This document shows positions 54,077 through 63,908 of a stretch of DNA of 64,000 bases, piece after piece. How positions within the stretch are numbered: the stretch's first letter is position 1; each line of letters opens with the position of its first letter. The stretch is taken from contig NZ_JBKHDN010000001.1 in NCBI RefSeq assembly GCF_046541315.1, positions 28 through 64,027 of the forward strand. Direction: 5' to 3'. The DNA comes from Halochromatium sp. Lineage in GTDB: Bacteria > Pseudomonadota > Gammaproteobacteria > Chromatiales > Chromatiaceae. Under the pieces are notes generated by a model. The model saw only the letters and a program-made list of their open reading frames with translations. It did not search any database and was not told the origin of the DNA. Both the position numbers and the translations under genes were made by a program.

Positions 54077-55471
54077 ATGGCTGCTGATTCCATCGGCGAC
54101 ATCCAGACCCATCCGCACGGCGAAGGCCCGAGCGCGGCCGGCGCGCCCGCGCTCGACGCAGACGCGCGCGCGGCCATCGAGACCAAGCTCGCGGCGGCGC
54201 GGACCCGGCTGATCCTCGACAAGCCCTTCCTGGGGGCGCTCGTGCTGCGCCTGCCGCTACGGGCCGCCAGCGGCGATTGGTGCCCGACCACGGCCACCGA
54301 TGCGCGCGCCTTCTACTACAACCCGGACTATCTCGATGCGCTCAGCCTCGACGAGACCCAATTCATGCTGGCCCACGAGGCCCTGCATTGCGCCCTCTCG
54401 CACTTCGCGCGCCGCCAGCACCGGATCAAACAGCGCTGGGATCTGGCCTGCGACTATGCCATCAATCCATTGCTGGTCGAGGACGGGCTGAAACCGCCGC
54501 CCAACGCGCTGCTGATGCCGATGTACAAGGGCATGACCGCCGAGGAGATCTATCCGCTGATCGACGACAACGATCGGTCCGAGACCCTCGACACCCATGC
54601 CTACGATCGCGAGGCCGAGGGTCAGGGTCAGCACTCCGGCATGGATGAGCGCGCCGTCCAGGAGCAACGCCAGCCGAGCCAGGCCGAGAGCGGCGAACAG
54701 GGCCAGGGCGCGCCACAGCGCAACCAGCGCCCGCCGACGCCTGCGCGCGGCCGGCAAGGGTCCGATGCGGCACCCGAGGCCATGCCCGAGGCCGACGCCA
54801 GCACCGATGCCGCCAGCGCCCCGCCGCCGCTGACTCCGGACGAGCAGGAGACCCTGCAGGTGCAATGGCAGCAGCGCCTCGCCGGTGCCGCGCAACAGGC
54901 GATGCAGGCCGGCCGGCTGAGCGGCGAACTCAAGCGCATGATCGACCACCTCCTGCAGCCGCAACTGCCCTGGCGCATGCTCCTCGCCCGCTACATGAAC
55001 GCCCTCTCGCGCCACGACTACAGCTGGTCGCGGCCCTCCCGGCGCGAGGGCGCGCATATCCTGCCAAGCCTGCGCAGCCAGCACATCGATCTGGTGGTCG
55101 CGATCGATACCTCCGGCTCGATCAAGGACACCGAGGTGCAGGCCTTCATCGATGAAGTCGATGCCCTCAAGGCGCAAGTCCAGGCGCGGGTCATGCTGCT
55201 GCCGTGCGACAGCGCGCTCGCTGCGGGCGCCCCCTTCCGCTTCGAGCCCTGGGAACGCTTCCAGCGCCCACGCGACCTCCAGGGCGGTGGCGGCACGAGT
55301 TTCAGGCCCGTGTTCCAATGGGTGCAAGACCAGGGACTGAGTCCGGACCTGCTGGTGTATTTCACCGATGCCAACGGCCATTTCCCGGACCAGGAGCCAC
55401 CGTATCCGGTCATCTGGCTGGTCAAGGGTCGCGCGAGCGTCCCTTGGGGACAGCGCGTGCAATTGAACTGA
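54077..55471 (+). CDS. DUF2201-type putative metallopeptidase + vWA domain protein
   Basis: TATD, HEALH (HExxH), ACDYAIN; Gln/Pro-rich linker; vWA MIDAS DTSGS, GGGT, YFTD. Confidence 0.88.
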   Translation: MAADSIGDIQTHPHGEGPSAAGAPALDADARAAIETKLAAARTRLILDKPFLGALVLRLPLRAASGDWCPTTATDARAFYYNPDYLDALSLDETQFMLAHEALHCALSHFARRQHRIKQRWDLACDYAINPLLVEDGLKPPPNALLMPMYKGMTAEEIYPLIDDNDRSETLDTHAYDREAEGQGQHSGMDERAVQEQRQPSQAESGEQGQGAPQRNQRPPTPARGRQGSDAAPEAMPEADASTDAASAPPPLTPDEQETLQVQWQQRLAGAAQQAMQAGRLSGELKRMIDHLLQPQLPWRMLLARYMNALSRHDYSWSRPSRREGAHILPSLRSQHIDLVVAIDTSGSIKDTEVQAFIDEVDALKAQVQARVMLLPCDSALAAGAPFRFEPWERFQRPRDLQGGGGTSFRPVFQWVQDQGLSPDLLVYFTDANGHFPDQEPPYPVIWLVKGRASVPWGQRVQLN

Positions 55472-55637
55472 GGCGCAATCCCGAATGACGCTCCCCCATC
55501 CTTTCCTCAGCCGGCGCATCCGGGCTCACATCCCCGTGCGTCTCCCGGCGCGCCTCCCGGCTCGGGCTCGTCCCTCAGCCCGCACCCCGGCGCACATGTC
55601 GGCGCGCATGTCGGCGCGCCTCTCGACTCGGGCGCGC

Positions 55638-57074
55638 ATGCCGGCACTGATCGTCGCCATCATGCTGGTCTTGCTGCCGGCCATGGGGTCGGCGGACCCG
55701 TTCGCGCTGCCGGACTTCGGCAGCTCGGCCGATCGCCTGATGTCGCGCGCCGAAGAGCGTGATCTCGGCCAGGAGTTCATGAAGTGGGTGCGCAAGGCGC
55801 TACCGATCTCGGATGATCCGGTGCTGACCGATTACCTCGAGACGCTCGGCCAACAGCTGGTCGCCGCGAGCGGGCATCCGGGGCGCTACCGCTTCTTCCT
55901 GATCGAGGAGCCGACGATCAACGCCTTTGCCGGTCCCGACGGCCACATCGGTGTCTTCGCCGGCTTGATCCTCGCCACCGAAACCGAGGGCGAACTCGCC
56001 AGTGTCATCGCGCACGAGCTCGCGCACGTGAGCCAAGGCCATCTGATGCGCCGCTTCGAGACGCAGAAGCAGATGGCCCTGCCAGCCACCGCGCTGCTGC
56101 TCGCCGCCGCCGTGCTCGGGGCGACGGTCGATGCCGAGATCGGCACCGCCGGGCTGATGGGCGTTCAGGGGGCCGCCGCGCAGAAACAGATCAACTTCAC
56201 CCGCGCCAACGAGGAAGAGGCCGATCGCATCGGCATCGACACCCTCGCGCGCGCCGGCCATGACCCCTATGCGATGCCGGGCTTCTTCCAGCGCTTGGCA
56301 AGGACGACGCGGATCGCGGACAGCGCGGCGCCCGCGTTCCTGCGCACCCATCCGGTGACCACCAGCCGCATCGCCGACGCCATGAACCGCGCCCGTCAAC
56401 ACGGCGTGCGCCAGCGTCCGGACAGCCTGCGCTTCCATCTGGCACGCGCCAACCTGCGCCAGCGCCGCGAATCCAATCCAGCGCGCGCCGTCGAACACTT
56501 CGCCAACACCCTCGAACAGGGTCGTTACCGCGACGAGACCGCGCAACGCTATGGCTATGCGCTCGCGCTGACCCGGGCCGGGCGCCTCGAGACCGCGCGC
56601 AAGCAACTCGCGCCCCTCATCGAGGCGCATCCGAGCCAGACCGAGTTCCTCGTCCTGCGCGCCGAGATCGACCGCCGCGCCGGCAAGCCCGAGCGAGCGG
56701 TGCGCGACCTCAAGGGCGCGGTGGGATTGGCGCCCGGCAATTGGCCGCTCAATCAGGCCTATGCCGAAGCATTGATGGCCGCCGGCAAGCCCGCGCAGGC
56801 CCTCGCGGCCCTCGAGCGCTTCGTGGCGCAGCGTTCCGATATCGCCCCGATCTACGAGCTGATGGCGGATGCGGCCGGGCAAGCCGGCCAGCGCGCGCTG
56901 AACCATCGCTATCGCGCCGAATACCTCTACCACAGCAATGAGCTGGAACCGGCGATCCGCCAGCTCGAGCTTGCCCTCCGCCTCGATGACCTCGATTTTC
57001 ACCTGGCTTCGCGGCTTCAGGTGCGCCTCGCCGAGCTGAAGGCCCTCGAGCGCGCGCGCGAGGCGCGCAACTGA
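55638..57074 (+). CDS. bepA: M48 metalloprotease with TPRs (BepA/YfgC-like)
   Basis: Signal peptide, LPDFG, INAFA, AHELAH, EEEAD, LRTHP; probable start ATG 55638 (ORF open from 55485). Confidence 0.85.
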   Translation: MPALIVAIMLVLLPAMGSADPFALPDFGSSADRLMSRAEERDLGQEFMKWVRKALPISDDPVLTDYLETLGQQLVAASGHPGRYRFFLIEEPTINAFAGPDGHIGVFAGLILATETEGELASVIAHELAHVSQGHLMRRFETQKQMALPATALLLAAAVLGATVDAEIGTAGLMGVQGAAAQKQINFTRANEEEADRIGIDTLARAGHDPYAMPGFFQRLARTTRIADSAAPAFLRTHPVTTSRIADAMNRARQHGVRQRPDSLRFHLARANLRQRRESNPARAVEHFANTLEQGRYRDETAQRYGYALALTRAGRLETARKQLAPLIEAHPSQTEFLVLRAEIDRRAGKPERAVRDLKGAVGLAPGNWPLNQAYAEALMAAGKPAQALAALERFVAQRSDIAPIYELMADAAGQAGQRALNHRYRAEYLYHSNELEPAIRQLELALRLDDLDFHLASRLQVRLAELKALERAREARN

Positions 57075-57353
57075 CTCTTTCAGCGCGGGGGCCGCGCGGG
57101 GCGGGCCGCGCGGACGGATACCGGGGTGTTCCCGGGAACCCGGCCATGAATTGCGGTTTTCAGTGTCCGACGAATGCGCTAAGCTACCGCCATCGTCGAG
57201 TTGGGAACCATCGCCAGCGCGCTCGGTCAATGAAAAATCGCAACGCCGAGGCGCCAACGGCTCGATAACAGCGACCAACCCCCGACGCAGAACAACGATC
57301 CGACCTTCCCGCCCCCAAAGGCTCCAACCCGTGTTCGATAGAGGAGATGTTCC

Positions 57354-57827
57354 ATGATCGACGCAAAACGTAGAACCCTGCTCAAGGGCTCCCTTGGTGC
57401 GAGCGCCATCGGCGTTGCCGTCAGCGCCGGCCTGCTCACCCCCGGCGCCGTCCTCGCCAACTGGCCCGAGGCCGCTTTCGAGGCCACCGAGACCGATGCC
57501 GCGCTGAACAGCCTGCTGGGCAGCGACGCCACCGAAACCAGCGATCAGGTCAAGATCAAGGCCCCCGACATCGCCGAGAACGGCGCGGTGGTCCCGGTCA
57601 CGGTCGAGAGCGATGTCGAAGGCGCCAAGTCGATCTCGATCATCGCCGCCGGCAACAGCTCCCCGCTGATTGCCTCGTTCAATCTTGGCGCCGACGCCGT
57701 CCCCTTCGTCTCCACCCGGATCAAGATGGCCGAGACCGCCGATGTCATCGCCGTCGTCCAGACCGAGAACGGCCTGCTCAGCAACGCCAAGCCGGTCAAG
57801 GTCACGATCGGCGGCTGCGGCGGCTGA
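57354..57827 (+). CDS. soxY: Thiosulfate oxidation carrier protein SoxY
   Basis: Tat signal KRRTLLK, APDIAENGAVVPV, C-terminal VKVTIGGCGG. Confidence 0.97.
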   Translation: MIDAKRRTLLKGSLGASAIGVAVSAGLLTPGAVLANWPEAAFEATETDAALNSLLGSDATETSDQVKIKAPDIAENGAVVPVTVESDVEGAKSISIIAAGNSSPLIASFNLGADAVPFVSTRIKMAETADVIAVVQTENGLLSNAKPVKVTIGGCGG

Positions 57828-57890
57828 CGCCCACGCACCGAGCCGCGACCACCGGGCCGCAACCACTGGATCACGAACCGAGGTAACACA

Positions 57891-58205
57891 ATGGCAGGCA
57901 ACATCAAGATCCGCGCCAAGCACAGCGACGGTGTCACCACCGTGAAATCGCTGATGAGCCACGAGATGGAAACCGGACTGCGCAAGGACAAGAAGACCGG
58001 CGAACCGATCCCCGCGCACTTCATCAAAGAAGTCACCACCAAGTGGAAGGATCAAGTCGTGATGACCGCCCTCTGGAGCGGCGGCGTCTCCAAGAACCCC
58101 TATCTGTCGTTCAAGTTCAACGGCGGCGAAAAGGGCGACACGGTCGAGATCACCTGGGTCGATAACCAGGGTGAGAGCGAAACCGGAACCGCTGAGATCA
58201 GCTGA
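57891..58205 (+). CDS. soxZ: Thiosulfate oxidation carrier complex protein SoxZ
   Basis: HEMETGLRKD, IPAHFI, SKNPYLSF, WVDNQG. Confidence 0.97.
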   Translation: MAGNIKIRAKHSDGVTTVKSLMSHEMETGLRKDKKTGEPIPAHFIKEVTTKWKDQVVMTALWSGGVSKNPYLSFKFNGGEKGDTVEITWVDNQGESETGTAEIS

Positions 58206-58209
58206 TCGC

Positions 58210-59244
58210 TCACCGATCCCGTGGCCGACAGCCCCGCCCCGATGGACGGGGCTTTTTTATGCGCCGGGCACGCTCGATCGCCGCGGTATCCCGCAACGAG
58301 CCGGTGTAGATCTTGCGGCCCGCCAACGGGCGGCGACGAAAGCGCCGATAGCTCCACAGATACTGCTCCGGGCAGACCGCGATACATTGCTCGATGCCGC
58401 GATTCAACGCCGCCGCGGCGGTCACATCATCGTCGCTGTCGATGCCCTCCGGCGCCGGCAGGCAATGGATGCGAAAGCCCCGCGCACGCGGCAAGCGCTC
58501 GGCGAACATGAAGATGACCGGCGCGCCACTGCGGCGCGCCAAGCGGTTGACCAGCAGCATCGTAGAGGCGGGCACCCCGAACAAGGGCGCAAACACCGCG
58601 CCCTTGTCCTCGCGCGGCTCTTGATCCGGCAGGATGCCGACGAACTCACCGCGCTCGAGCGCGCCGAGCAAGACGCGAATGCCCCGCGCGGTAATCGGCG
58701 CCAGTGTCGCCCCCGCGCGCTTTCTGGCCTCGACGATCAGCTCGTCGAGCACGCGCTGGGGCTTATAGAAGATCGCCGTCGGCCCGCGCGTTGAAAGATA
58801 GAGCCCGGCCAGCTCCCAGGCGCCGAGATGCGGCGAGAGGACGATCAATCCCCGGTCAGGCGCGCGCTCGAGCAGCTCGATGCCGCGCACCTCGCGAATC
58901 AGCGACAATGCCTTTGCCGGCGGTTGCAGCCACAGCGGCGCGGTCTCGAACAGGGTCCGACCGAGTTGCCGCAGGCTGCGATCGCGCAGCCGCACCAATG
59001 CCGAGGCCGGCATCTCGGGCGCATACAGGGTGAGATTGATCAGCGCATTGCGGCGCTGACGATTCGGGATCAGCGCGATCAAGGCGCCGACGGCCGCACC
59101 GGCTCGATGCAGGATCGGCATCGGCACCCTGGCCAACAGCCTGACCAGGACCCGCGCCGCGCGCTCGCGCCAGCTCAGGCGAGTCGCGGTTGCGGAGGAG
59201 ATCCTGGCCGGGCCCGAACGGCCGGTTCGCTGGCGTGCGTTCAC
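58210..59244 (-). CDS. Lipid A / lysophospholipid acyltransferase (LpxL/HtrB family)
   Basis: PHLGAWE, LPDQEP, APLFG, PEQYLWSYRRFR. Confidence 0.88.
   Translation of the reverse strand: MNARQRTGRSGPARISSATATRLSWRERAARVLVRLLARVPMPILHRAGAAVGALIALIPNRQRRNALINLTLYAPEMPASALVRLRDRSLRQLGRTLFETAPLWLQPPAKALSLIREVRGIELLERAPDRGLIVLSPHLGAWELAGLYLSTRGPTAIFYKPQRVLDELIVEARKRAGATLAPITARGIRVLLGALERGEFVGILPDQEPREDKGAVFAPLFGVPASTMLLVNRLARRSGAPVIFMFAERLPRARGFRIHCLPAPEGIDSDDDVTAAAALNRGIEQCIAVCPEQYLWSYRRFRRRPLAGRKIYTGSLRDTAAIERARRIKKPRPSGRGCRPRDR
58230..58258 (+). terminator. Terminator of soxYZ (overlaps the 3' end of the convergent gene)
   Basis: AGCCCCG-CCCCGATGGA-CGGGGCT-TTTTT. Confidence 0.8.
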
Positions 59245-59332
59245 GGTCTAATCGGTCAACCCGAACAATAACCTGGCAAGAGGCGCCGGCGCCGGCCGTG
59301 CATAACGATCAACCACCCTCGGGAGCATCCTC

Positions 59333-59761
59333 ATGAGCGAGCGCTTACCCACGCCACTGACGCCGGAACAGGCGCATCGACTGATCCAGGACGATCCCCA
59401 GGCCCTGCTGGTCGATATCCGCTCGACCATGGAGTTTCTCTTCGTCGGGCACCCAAGCGGCGCCGTCCATGTGCCCTGGATCGATGAACCGGACTGGACC
59501 GTCAACCCGCAGTTCCTCACCGAGATCCGCAAGCGCTTGCTCGGCGGCGCCGTCTGCACGGCGGAGGATGCCTGCGCGCCGGTCGTGCTGATCTGCCGCA
59601 GCGGCAAACGCTCGCTCGAGGCCGGCAAGGCGCTGCTCGAGGCCGGCCTGCCCCATGTCTTTCACGTCGACGAAGGCTTCGAGGGCGAACTCGACGAGCA
59701 GCACCACCGCTCGACCCGTGGCGGCTGGCGGTTTCGCGGCCTGCCCTGGGAACAATGCTAG
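59333..59761 (+). CDS. Single-domain rhodanese-like sulfurtransferase
   Basis: LVDIRS..EF..GHP, active loop CRSGKRS, EGFEG, GW...LPWEQ. Confidence 0.9.
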   Translation: MSERLPTPLTPEQAHRLIQDDPQALLVDIRSTMEFLFVGHPSGAVHVPWIDEPDWTVNPQFLTEIRKRLLGGAVCTAEDACAPVVLICRSGKRSLEAGKALLEAGLPHVFHVDEGFEGELDEQHHRSTRGGWRFRGLPWEQC

Positions 59762-59791
59762 GAAAGCGCCAGCAGACACGCCGCGCCGCCC

Positions 59792-60301
59792 TCAGGCATT
59801 GGCTTGCCCGCTGGGGCGCACCGGGTCGAGGCGAACCTTGGTGCCCTCGACGCGAGTTGCCTCCAGCGGCCGCGTCGCGCTGCGGCCAGAGGCTGCCTCG
59901 GTGCCGCGCTCGACGAGATCGCGCAAGCTGATGTTGTTGAGATAGCGGTAGATGCGATCGCTCAGATCCATCCACAGATCATGGGTCAGGCAGGGACCGT
60001 CCGCCTTGCAGTTGCGCTCGCCGCCGCAGCGGGTGGTATCGACATTCTCATCGACGGCGGTGATCACCTCGGCGATGAAGATCGCGCCCGCCTCGCGCGC
60101 CAAGTGGTAGCCGCCCCCGGGGCCACGCACACTGAGCACGAGCCCGCGCTTGCGCAGCTTGGCGAACAGCTGCTCCAGGTAGGACAGGGAGATGCCCTGG
60201 CGCTGCGCGATATCGGCCAGCGCAATCGGACCTTCGCCTTGATGGATCGCAAGATCCAACACCGCGGTCACCGCATAGCGCCCTTTCGTTGTCAGTCTCA
60301 C
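59792..60301 (-). CDS. iscR: Fe-S cluster assembly transcriptional regulator IscR
   Basis: [28 protein letters not shown]-x5-C-x5-C-x2-H ligands; GAGGAG RBS favours GTG at 60301. Confidence 0.92.
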   Translation of the reverse strand: MRLTTKGRYAVTAVLDLAIHQGEGPIALADIAQRQGISLSYLEQLFAKLRKRGLVLSVRGPGGGYHLAREAGAIFIAEVITAVDENVDTTRCGGERNCKADGPCLTHDLWMDLSDRIYRYLNNISLRDLVERGTEAASGRSATRPLEATRVEGTKVRLDPVRPSGQANA

Positions 60302-60345
60302 CGTGCCCACTCCTCGCTGATAGCCTGGTCTGACGACATCCTATG

Positions 60346-60370
60346 ATAACCGACCAAATCCATCAATTTT
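60346..60370. promoter_or_regulatory. IscR autoregulatory box overlapping the sigma70 promoter of iscR
   Basis: ATAACCGACCAAATCCATCAATTTT matches the type-1 consensus at 19/25; minus strand TTGATG-N17-TAGGAT overlaps it. Confidence 0.65.
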
Positions 60371-61139
60371 GCTCGGTCTCCGAACTGACGGCGGCCGGGT
60401 CGAGCACGCAATCGTCGAGGTCGTCGAGATGCGCGAAGTGGCGGGTGATGCCCTGCTCCTCGAGCGCCCGCGACATGGCCTCCAGGCGTCGATCCAGGAT
60501 ATGGATATGATCGAGCATCCGATTCACCGCGTTGGCGACCGGATCGGGCGCGTCACGGGTGGCGCCATAGGCATCGAAGCCCATGCGCTTGGCGGTATCC
60601 GCGCGCCGGCGCGCGGTCGCGTCGCCCGCGTGCTCGATCACCCGCCCCGGCACGCCGACCACGGTGCCACCGGCGGGCACCGACTTCAACACCACCGCAT
60701 TCGAGCCGATGCGCGCGCCATCGCCGACCTGGATCGGTCCCAAGACCTTGGCCCCGGCCCCCACCACCACATCGCGCCCCAGGGTGGGATGGCGCTTCCC
60801 CTTTTGCCAACTGGTTCCGCCGAGCGTGACGCCGTGGTAGAGCGTGCAGTCATCGCCGACCACGGCGGTCTCGCCGATCACCACGCCCATGCCGTGGTCG
60901 ATGAAGAAACGCCGGCCGAGCCGCGCGCCCGGATGGATCTCGATCCCGGTCAACAGCCGCGCCAGGTTCGACAGCATCCGCGCCAGCCATTTGAAGCCAC
61001 GGCCCCAGAGCGCGTGCGCCACCCGGTGCATCATCACCGCGTGCAGCCCGGGATAGGCGGTCAGGATCTCGAACGCGTTGCGCGCGGCCGGATCGCGCTC
61101 GAACACGCAGTCAATCTCGTCCCGTAGGCGCTTGAACAT
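60363..61139 (-). CDS. cysE: Serine O-acetyltransferase
   Basis: [31 protein letters not shown] hexapeptide repeats. Confidence 0.96.
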   Translation of the reverse strand: MFKRLRDEIDCVFERDPAARNAFEILTAYPGLHAVMMHRVAHALWGRGFKWLARMLSNLARLLTGIEIHPGARLGRRFFIDHGMGVVIGETAVVGDDCTLYHGVTLGGTSWQKGKRHPTLGRDVVVGAGAKVLGPIQVGDGARIGSNAVVLKSVPAGGTVVGVPGRVIEHAGDATARRRADTAKRMGFDAYGATRDAPDPVANAVNRMLDHIHILDRRLEAMSRALEEQGITRHFAHLDDLDDCVLDPAAVSSETEQN

Positions 61140-61178
61140 CAGGCCATCTCCTGAAAAGGATCGGTCGCTTGCCGGCTC

Positions 61179-62051
61179 TCAGCGGCGAAACCGATCCGGG
61201 TGTTTCCGACCCTCGGCGGCGGACAGGAAGCCGCGCAGGATATTCAGCTCGGTGCGATCCGGGCGCGCGCGATTGAAGAGCCGCCGCAACCGTCGACGCA
61301 AGGTGCTCGACTGGGCCGGGTCGGCGAATCCGATCCGCGTCATGGTCCGCTCCAGATGCGCATAGAAGCCGGCCATCTCGTCGGCGGTCGCGAGGTCGTC
61401 GCGCGGCACGCCCGCCAGGGACGCGTCTGCCGTTGGCGCCGCCGCCGATTCCCCTGCCGGCGCCGCCGCGCTAGCCGGCCCGCGCAGCGCCACGCGCCGC
61501 AACTCATAGGCGAAGACCTGCGCGGCGGCGGCGATATTCAGCGAACTGTAATCCGGATTGGCCGGTATCCGCGTCAAGAAATGACAATGAGACAGCTCGT
61601 CGTTGGTCAGGCCCGAGCGCTCGCGTCCCAACAGCAGGGCCACCTCGGCCCGCGCGGCATCGTCCAGCAGGCGCTCGGCGCAACCGGCCGGATCGACCTC
61701 GGGCCACGCCAGGGAGCGCGCGCGCGCGCTCGAGCCGATCACCAAGCGGCAGCCGGCCAGCGCCTCGTCGAGCGACGCACAAACACGCGCGCGCGCCAGC
61801 AGATCATCGGCACCGGCCGCGCGCGCCAGCGCCTCGGCAGCGAGCGCCTGCTGCGGGCGCACCAAGCATAATTGGCTCAGCCCCATGGTCTTCATCGCCC
61901 GCGCCACCGCGCCGACGTTGGCGCTGAGGCTGGTTTCGATCAGCACGAAGCGCACGCGCCCGAGCCGGGCCAAATCAGGCGGCTGGTCAGGCGGCTGGTC
62001 ACACTGCTGGCCAGGCCGCTGGGTGGAAAGGGGATCGCTTGCATCCATCAC
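61179..62051 (-). CDS. trmJ: tRNA C32/U32 2'-O-methyltransferase (SPOUT)
   Basis: NVGAVARAMKTMG, GRERSGLTNDEL, YSSLNIAAA, ELNILRG; divergent from suhB. Confidence 0.92.
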   Translation of the reverse strand: MMDASDPLSTQRPGQQCDQPPDQPPDLARLGRVRFVLIETSLSANVGAVARAMKTMGLSQLCLVRPQQALAAEALARAAGADDLLARARVCASLDEALAGCRLVIGSSARARSLAWPEVDPAGCAERLLDDAARAEVALLLGRERSGLTNDELSHCHFLTRIPANPDYSSLNIAAAAQVFAYELRRVALRGPASAAAPAGESAAAPTADASLAGVPRDDLATADEMAGFYAHLERTMTRIGFADPAQSSTLRRRLRRLFNRARPDRTELNILRGFLSAAEGRKHPDRFRR

Positions 62052-62121
62052 ATCAGTTCTTCAGACTCTTTCGCTCTTGTCAATCTACTCTCCAAGGCGC
62101 AGCTAGGGTATCGTTAGCATC

Positions 62122-62931
62122 ATGGATGCCATGTTAAATATTGCTGTACGCGCCGCCCGCCAGGCCGGGCGCATCGCCGTCCGCTCCTACGAGCGCGGCG
62201 GCGATCTGCGGGTCAACGAGAAAGGCCGTAACGACTTCGTCAGCGAGGTCGATCGCGCCTGCGAGGCGGCGATCGTCGGCGAGCTGCGCGGCAAGTTCCC
62301 CAATCACGCCATCCTCGCCGAGGAGAGCGGCGGCAGCAAGGGCCGTGACGGCAGTGACGAGTTCCAGTGGATCATCGACCCGCTCGATGGCACCACCAAT
62401 TATCTGCACGGCTTCCCGCAATGGTCGATCTCGATCGGCCTGCGCTACCGGGGGCTGATGGAGCAGGCCGTCGTCTACGATCCATTGCGCGAGGAGTTGT
62501 TCACCGCCAGTCGCGGCCGCGGCGCCATGCTCAACGACCGGCGTCTCCGCGTCAGCGACCGGCGCGGCCTCGAGGGCGCGCTGATCGGCACCGGCATCCC
62601 GTTCCGCGATCAGTCGCACCTGACCGCCTATCTCAGTATGCTCGCGGCGATGGTCCGCGACACCGCCGGCATCCGGCGGCCCGGCTCGGCGGCACTGGAT
62701 TTCGCCTATGTCGCCGCCGGGCGCCTCGATGGCTTCTGGGAACTCGGGCTTTCGCCCTGGGACTTCGCCGCCGGCGCGCTCTTGGTCGCCGAGGCCGGCG
62801 GCACGGTCACCGATCTCGCTGGCGGCGACCGCTTCTTCGAGACCTGCAACCTGGTCGCCGGCGGTCTCAAGGTCCACCGCGCCATGATCGAGCGTCTCAA
62901 GCCCTTTCGTGCTGGCGACCTCGCGGCCTAA
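62122..62931 (+). CDS. suhB: Inositol monophosphatase / Nus factor SuhB
   Basis: WIIDPLDGTTNY, GSAALD, WDFAAG. Confidence 0.95.
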   Translation: MDAMLNIAVRAARQAGRIAVRSYERGGDLRVNEKGRNDFVSEVDRACEAAIVGELRGKFPNHAILAEESGGSKGRDGSDEFQWIIDPLDGTTNYLHGFPQWSISIGLRYRGLMEQAVVYDPLREELFTASRGRGAMLNDRRLRVSDRRGLEGALIGTGIPFRDQSHLTAYLSMLAAMVRDTAGIRRPGSAALDFAYVAAGRLDGFWELGLSPWDFAAGALLVAEAGGTVTDLAGGDRFFETCNLVAGGLKVHRAMIERLKPFRAGDLAA

Positions 62932-63071
62932 CAAGGCACGGATCCGGCCTCGAGCGCTCCACCCGTGTCTCGCTCCTCGCGCCACCACCGCGGGCCCTGC
63001 ACGCCTGATGACGCGCCGGCAGATCCCATCATCGACCCCGCAAGACCCCTGAAGCGTTGGAGCAGTCGAGC

Positions 63072-63908
63072 ATGAAGGTTGCGGTTTTCTCGGATATACA
63101 GGCCGTGCTGCCGGCACTCGAAGCGGTCATCGAGCATATCCAGGCCTGGCGGCCGGACATGGTGGTGATGGCCGGCGACCTGGTCAACCGCGGCCCTGAC
63201 AGTGGCGGCTGTCTGGCCCTGTTCGATCGGATGCGCCGCGAGCAGGGCTGGCTGCCGGTCAACGGCAATCACGAGATCTGGGTGCTCAGCTGTCACGCCG
63301 GACCACCCGCCCACGAGGGCGAGCGGGAGATCCGCCGCTTCACCGACTGGGCATGGCGGCAGGTCGCCGATCAAGCCGAGCGACTGCGCGGCTGGCCGGA
63401 TCACCTCTGCCTGCACCCACCGCAAGCCGATGCTTGGCTGCACGTGACCCATGGCTCCATGGCCGGCAACCGTGACGGTATCACCGACAAGACCACCGAC
63501 GAATCCCTGATCGGCAAGCTCCCCGAAGGTGTCGCGCTCTTCGTTGCCGGGCATACCCATCGGACCCATCAGCGCCATACCCAGGGCATGGATGTGGTCA
63601 ATGTCGGCTCGGCCGGCTCACCGTTCGACGGTGACGTGCGCGGCAGCTACGGCCGCTTCACCTGGCGCGGCGGCAGCTGGCATACCGAGTTGGTGCGCTT
63701 CGATTACGATCGCGACCGCGCGGCTCGCGATTTCGAGGCCTCCGGCTTCCTCGACGAGGGCGGCCCCCTCGCCCGCCTGGTCTACCTCGAATGGCAGCGC
63801 GCCCAGCTGCTGATCGGCGGCTGGCGCGAGCGCTGGCAAGCGGCGGTCTTGCGCGGCGAACTCTCGCTGGAGGCCTCCGTGTCGCGCTATCTGCGCGAAT
63901 GCGGCTGA
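63072..63908 (+). CDS. Calcineurin-like metallophosphoesterase
   Basis: SDIQ, GDLVNRGP, GNHE, THGS, GHTH, NVGSAG. Confidence 0.88.
   Translation: MKVAVFSDIQAVLPALEAVIEHIQAWRPDMVVMAGDLVNRGPDSGGCLALFDRMRREQGWLPVNGNHEIWVLSCHAGPPAHEGEREIRRFTDWAWRQVADQAERLRGWPDHLCLHPPQADAWLHVTHGSMAGNRDGITDKTTDESLIGKLPEGVALFVAGHTHRTHQRHTQGMDVVNVGSAGSPFDGDVRGSYGRFTWRGGSWHTELVRFDYDRDRAARDFEASGFLDEGGPLARLVYLEWQRAQLLIGGWRERWQAAVLRGELSLEASVSRYLRECG

Noticed and set aside
55800-58055. 751-aa minus-strand ORF across bepA-soxYZ, and similarly 23875-25926 and 26153-28093
   Set aside because: Antisense shadows of recognisable genes.
62052-62121. Possible boxA in the suhB leader (GTTCTTCAGAC / ACTCTTTCG)
   Set aside because: Too poor a match to GYTCTTTAANA to support.
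62932-63071. CTGATGACGC resembling the 3' part of a fluoride riboswitch
   Set aside because: The 5' GGYGATGG...CRCC stem and pseudoknot partner are missing.
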